Notes under the pieces: model-generated
The model's input: the letters and a program-made list of their open reading frames with translations, nothing else
Databases searched by the model: none
Told to the model about the DNA's origin: nothing
NCBI GenBank assembly: GCA_028692545.1
Contig: JAQUXC010000001.1
Coordinates: 92,658-156,657 of the forward strand
Direction: 5' to 3'
DNA: 64,000 bases
Origin: Patescibacteria group bacterium
GTDB lineage: Bacteria > Patescibacteriota > Patescibacteriia > UBA1558 > S5-K13
Position numbers and translations under genes: made by a program
Part shown: positions 61,539-64,000 of the stretch, piece by piece
How the letters are laid out: each line of letters starts with the position of its first letter
How positions within the stretch are numbered: position 1 is the first letter of the stretch

Positions 61539-61664
61539 TCCCATCTTTAGGATGGGACAAAATATATCAGGGCAGGTCGGAGGATCTGCTCTTTTATTAT
61601 TGTTTTTGGTATGAAAATAGAGTAATATAATTATACATATTATTAATTATAGGGAAATAAAAAT

Positions 61665-62291
61665 ATGAACATAGTATTTTTGGGAATGCCTGGAAGTGGA
61701 AAGGGGACTCAGGCTGAAATATTATCAAAAAAGCTAAATATTCCAATGTGTTCTACTGGAAATTGTTTTCGTAAAAATATAAAAGATGGTACAGAACTTG
61801 GTAAAAAAGTAGAAGTTATTATTTCACGTGGAGAGCTTGTTCCAGATAAAATTACATTTCAGATGTTAAAAGATGAAATACAAAATACTGATTTTTCAAA
61901 TGGGATTATTTTGGATGGTTATCCAAGAGATTTAGAACAAGCTGAAAAATTGGATGAAATTTTAAAAGTTGATATAGCTTTTAACATAGAAATGTCACAA
62001 GAACAAGTACTTCTTAGAATAGGTGGAAGGAGAACATGTAAATGTGGAGCTACTTATCATATAGAATTTAATCCCCCAAAAAAAGATGGAATTTGTGATG
62101 TATGTGGAGAAGAATTATTTGTAAGAGATGATGCAAGGCCAGAAATTATAAAAGAAAGAATAAAAGTTTACAAAGAACAAACAGAACCTCTTATAGAATA
62201 TTACAATAATAAAGGAGTTTTAATAAATATAAATGGAGATCCTATAATATCAGAAGTGACAAAAGAAATATTTGAAAAATTAAAACTATAA
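61665..62291 (+). CDS. adk: Adenylate kinase
   Basis: GMPGSGKGTQ, LDGYPR, zinc lid. Confidence 0.96.
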   Translation: MNIVFLGMPGSGKGTQAEILSKKLNIPMCSTGNCFRKNIKDGTELGKKVEVIISRGELVPDKITFQMLKDEIQNTDFSNGIILDGYPRDLEQAEKLDEILKVDIAFNIEMSQEQVLLRIGGRRTCKCGATYHIEFNPPKKDGICDVCGEELFVRDDARPEIIKERIKVYKEQTEPLIEYYNNKGVLININGDPIISEVTKEIFEKLKL

Positions 62292-62292
62292 A

Positions 62293-63063
62293 ATGATTAC
62301 AGTAAAGACAAAAGAAGAAATAGAAATTTTATCCGAAGGAGGACAAATATTAGCCACTGTTTTAAAAGAAGTGGGTGAATATGTAAAGGTTGGGGTAAGT
62401 ACAAAAGAGCTTGATGATCTTGCAGAAAGATTGATATTAAAATATGGTGGACTTCCATCATTTAAAGGTTATGGAGCCGAAAATCCATATCCAGCTACAC
62501 TTTGTACATCTATAAATGATGAAGTAGTGCATTGTATTCCAAATGAAAATAGGATACTCCAAGATGGGGATATTATAGGACTTGATATTGGTATGAGATG
62601 GCCAAAAGATAATGGTTTTTTTACAGATCATGCTATAACATTTCCAGTAGGGAATGTAGATTCAAAAATTATAGATCTATTAGATGTAACAAAGGGAGCA
62701 TTAAATAAAGCAATAAGTATTGTAAGGCCTGGAATGTATATTGGCGATATTGGTGAGACAATTGAAAATTATGTAAAATCAAAAGGAAATTATGGAATAG
62801 TAAAAGACTTGGTAGGTCATGGAGTGGGATATGAGGTACATGAAGATCCAAAAATTCCAAATTATAAAACAAAAAGTAAAGGAGAGATATTAAAGTCAGG
62901 AATGGTTCTTGCAATCGAACCAATGATAAATATCGGAAGTTCAGATATAAATTTTTCAAGGGATAGTTGGGATATAAAAACAAGAGATGGCTCTATATCA
63001 GCACATTTTGAACATACTATTTGTGTGACAGATTATGGATGTAAAATTTTAACAACTATTTAA
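62293..63063 (+). CDS. map: Methionine aminopeptidase type I
   Basis: SINDEVVH, GHGVG..HEDP, AIEPM, AHFEHT. Confidence 0.97.
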   Translation: MITVKTKEEIEILSEGGQILATVLKEVGEYVKVGVSTKELDDLAERLILKYGGLPSFKGYGAENPYPATLCTSINDEVVHCIPNENRILQDGDIIGLDIGMRWPKDNGFFTDHAITFPVGNVDSKIIDLLDVTKGALNKAISIVRPGMYIGDIGETIENYVKSKGNYGIVKDLVGHGVGYEVHEDPKIPNYKTKSKGEILKSGMVLAIEPMINIGSSDINFSRDSWDIKTRDGSISAHFEHTICVTDYGCKILTTI

Positions 63064-63071
63064 TTATTTTT

Positions 63072-63509
63072 ATGACAAGATTTTTGGGAATAGATTATGG
63101 AAGTTCAAAAATAGGTCTTGCATTAGGTGATAATGAGCTCAAGATGGCTTTTCCTTTTAAAATTTTAAGTGAGGAATTTTTTTGGACAGATATAAAAAGT
63201 ATTATAAGTAGAGAAAATATAGATGAAATAGTTTTAGGTCTTCCAAAAAATCTTGAAAATAATGATACAAATCAAACAAATTTTGTATTGGAATTTTTAA
63301 AAAAACTAAGATCAGAAATAAATCTACCGATACATTTAGAGGATGAAAGAATGACTTCACTTATGAGTCAAGGAATGCAAGGTAAATATGTAAGGTCTGA
63401 TTCTAGAAAAAGTAGTAGAAAAAACAAAATCAAAATAAAATCAGATGACGATGCGTCTGCCGCAGCTATAATATTAGAATCTTATATAAAAAGAAATTAT
63501 GATTTATAA
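63072..63509 (+). CDS. yqgF: YqgF/RuvX family nuclease
   Basis: GIDYGSSKIGLA, VLGLP, DERMTS, AAAIILE. Confidence 0.93.
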   Translation: MTRFLGIDYGSSKIGLALGDNELKMAFPFKILSEEFFWTDIKSIISRENIDEIVLGLPKNLENNDTNQTNFVLEFLKKLRSEINLPIHLEDERMTSLMSQGMQGKYVRSDSRKSSRKNKIKIKSDDDASAAAIILESYIKRNYDL

Positions 63510-64000
63510 AATAATTTTATATTTTTCTATATTTTTAATATCAACTTTTTTAAGTTATATTTTTGCATTATGGATGAAAAAAATATCTTTCAAATTAAAT
63601 ATTTTAGATTATCCAAATGAAAATAGAAAAGTGCATGATAGACCAATTCCGCTTTTGGGTGGATGGGCAATTTATATTGTTTTTGTTTTGATGATGATAA
63701 TTTTTTGCCTGTTTTTTAAAAGTTGGATTTTTAGTCCAAGTATAGATATTCTTCAAATTGTGGGAATACTATTCGCTGGATTTATAGTAATGCTTGGGGG
63801 AACATTGGATGATAAGTATAATTTTTCTGCAAAAAAACAATTGATTTTTATCCTTTTGGCATGTGTCTTTATAATATTCACAGGGACAAATATAAAATTT
63901 ATAACTCGTCCGGGTGGAGGAGTAATAGACTTAACTGGCCCAGAAATGAAATTTTTTGGATTTAATATATCTTTGTTTGGTGCAATATTTACATTTTTAT
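63499..64000 (+). CDS. MraY/WecA-TagO family polyprenyl-phosphate sugar-1-P transferase (3'-partial)
   Basis: Manual translation: DYPNENRKVHDRPIPLLGG and GTLDDKY. Confidence 0.85.
   Translation, partial: MIYKIILYFSIFLISTFLSYIFALWMKKISFKLNILDYPNENRKVHDRPIPLLGGWAIYIVFVLMMIIFCLFFKSWIFSPSIDILQIVGILFAGFIVMLGGTLDDKYNFSAKKQLIFILLACVFIIFTGTNIKFITRPGGGVIDLTGPEMKFFGFNISLFGAIFTFL

Overview
Very AT-rich bacterial chromosome segment read with code 11 (TGA is used as a stop). The gene content (rpmD missing between rpsE and rplO, short Rel, extended ribosomal proteins, large type IV pilus locus) points to a Patescibacteria/CPR genome; this assignment is an inference. In order, the window holds: (1) a type IV pilus cluster (pilM-N-O, pilB, a receiver protein, a degenerate pilT, pilC, two pilins with near-identical 5' ends); (2) tRNA-Arg(GCG) and tRNA-Ser(GCT); (3) a ~9.5 kb element integrated at the tRNA-Ser 3' end, with a large serine recombinase, an XRE regulator, zinc-ribbon membrane proteins and a RloC-like ATPase; (4) a second accessory block, including an rnk operon with an attenuator-like leader; (5) housekeeping genes (rel, topA, folC, dprA, pth, der, LCP, M23 peptidase, rpmB, site-2 protease); (6) a complete diversity-generating retroelement (DGR) whose RT is on the opposite strand; (7) the str/S10/spc ribosomal operons, secY, adk, map, yqgF and a partial MraY/WecA-family gene. 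Two signals stand out. The first is the DGR: 19 of 19 VR/TR differences over 134 bp fall at TR adenines. The second is the recombinase element: the predicted 5' leader of its recombinase contains a perfect inverted copy of its own joined ends (attP-like, 81 + 103 bp arms sharing CCGCCA), set inside nested inverted repeats.
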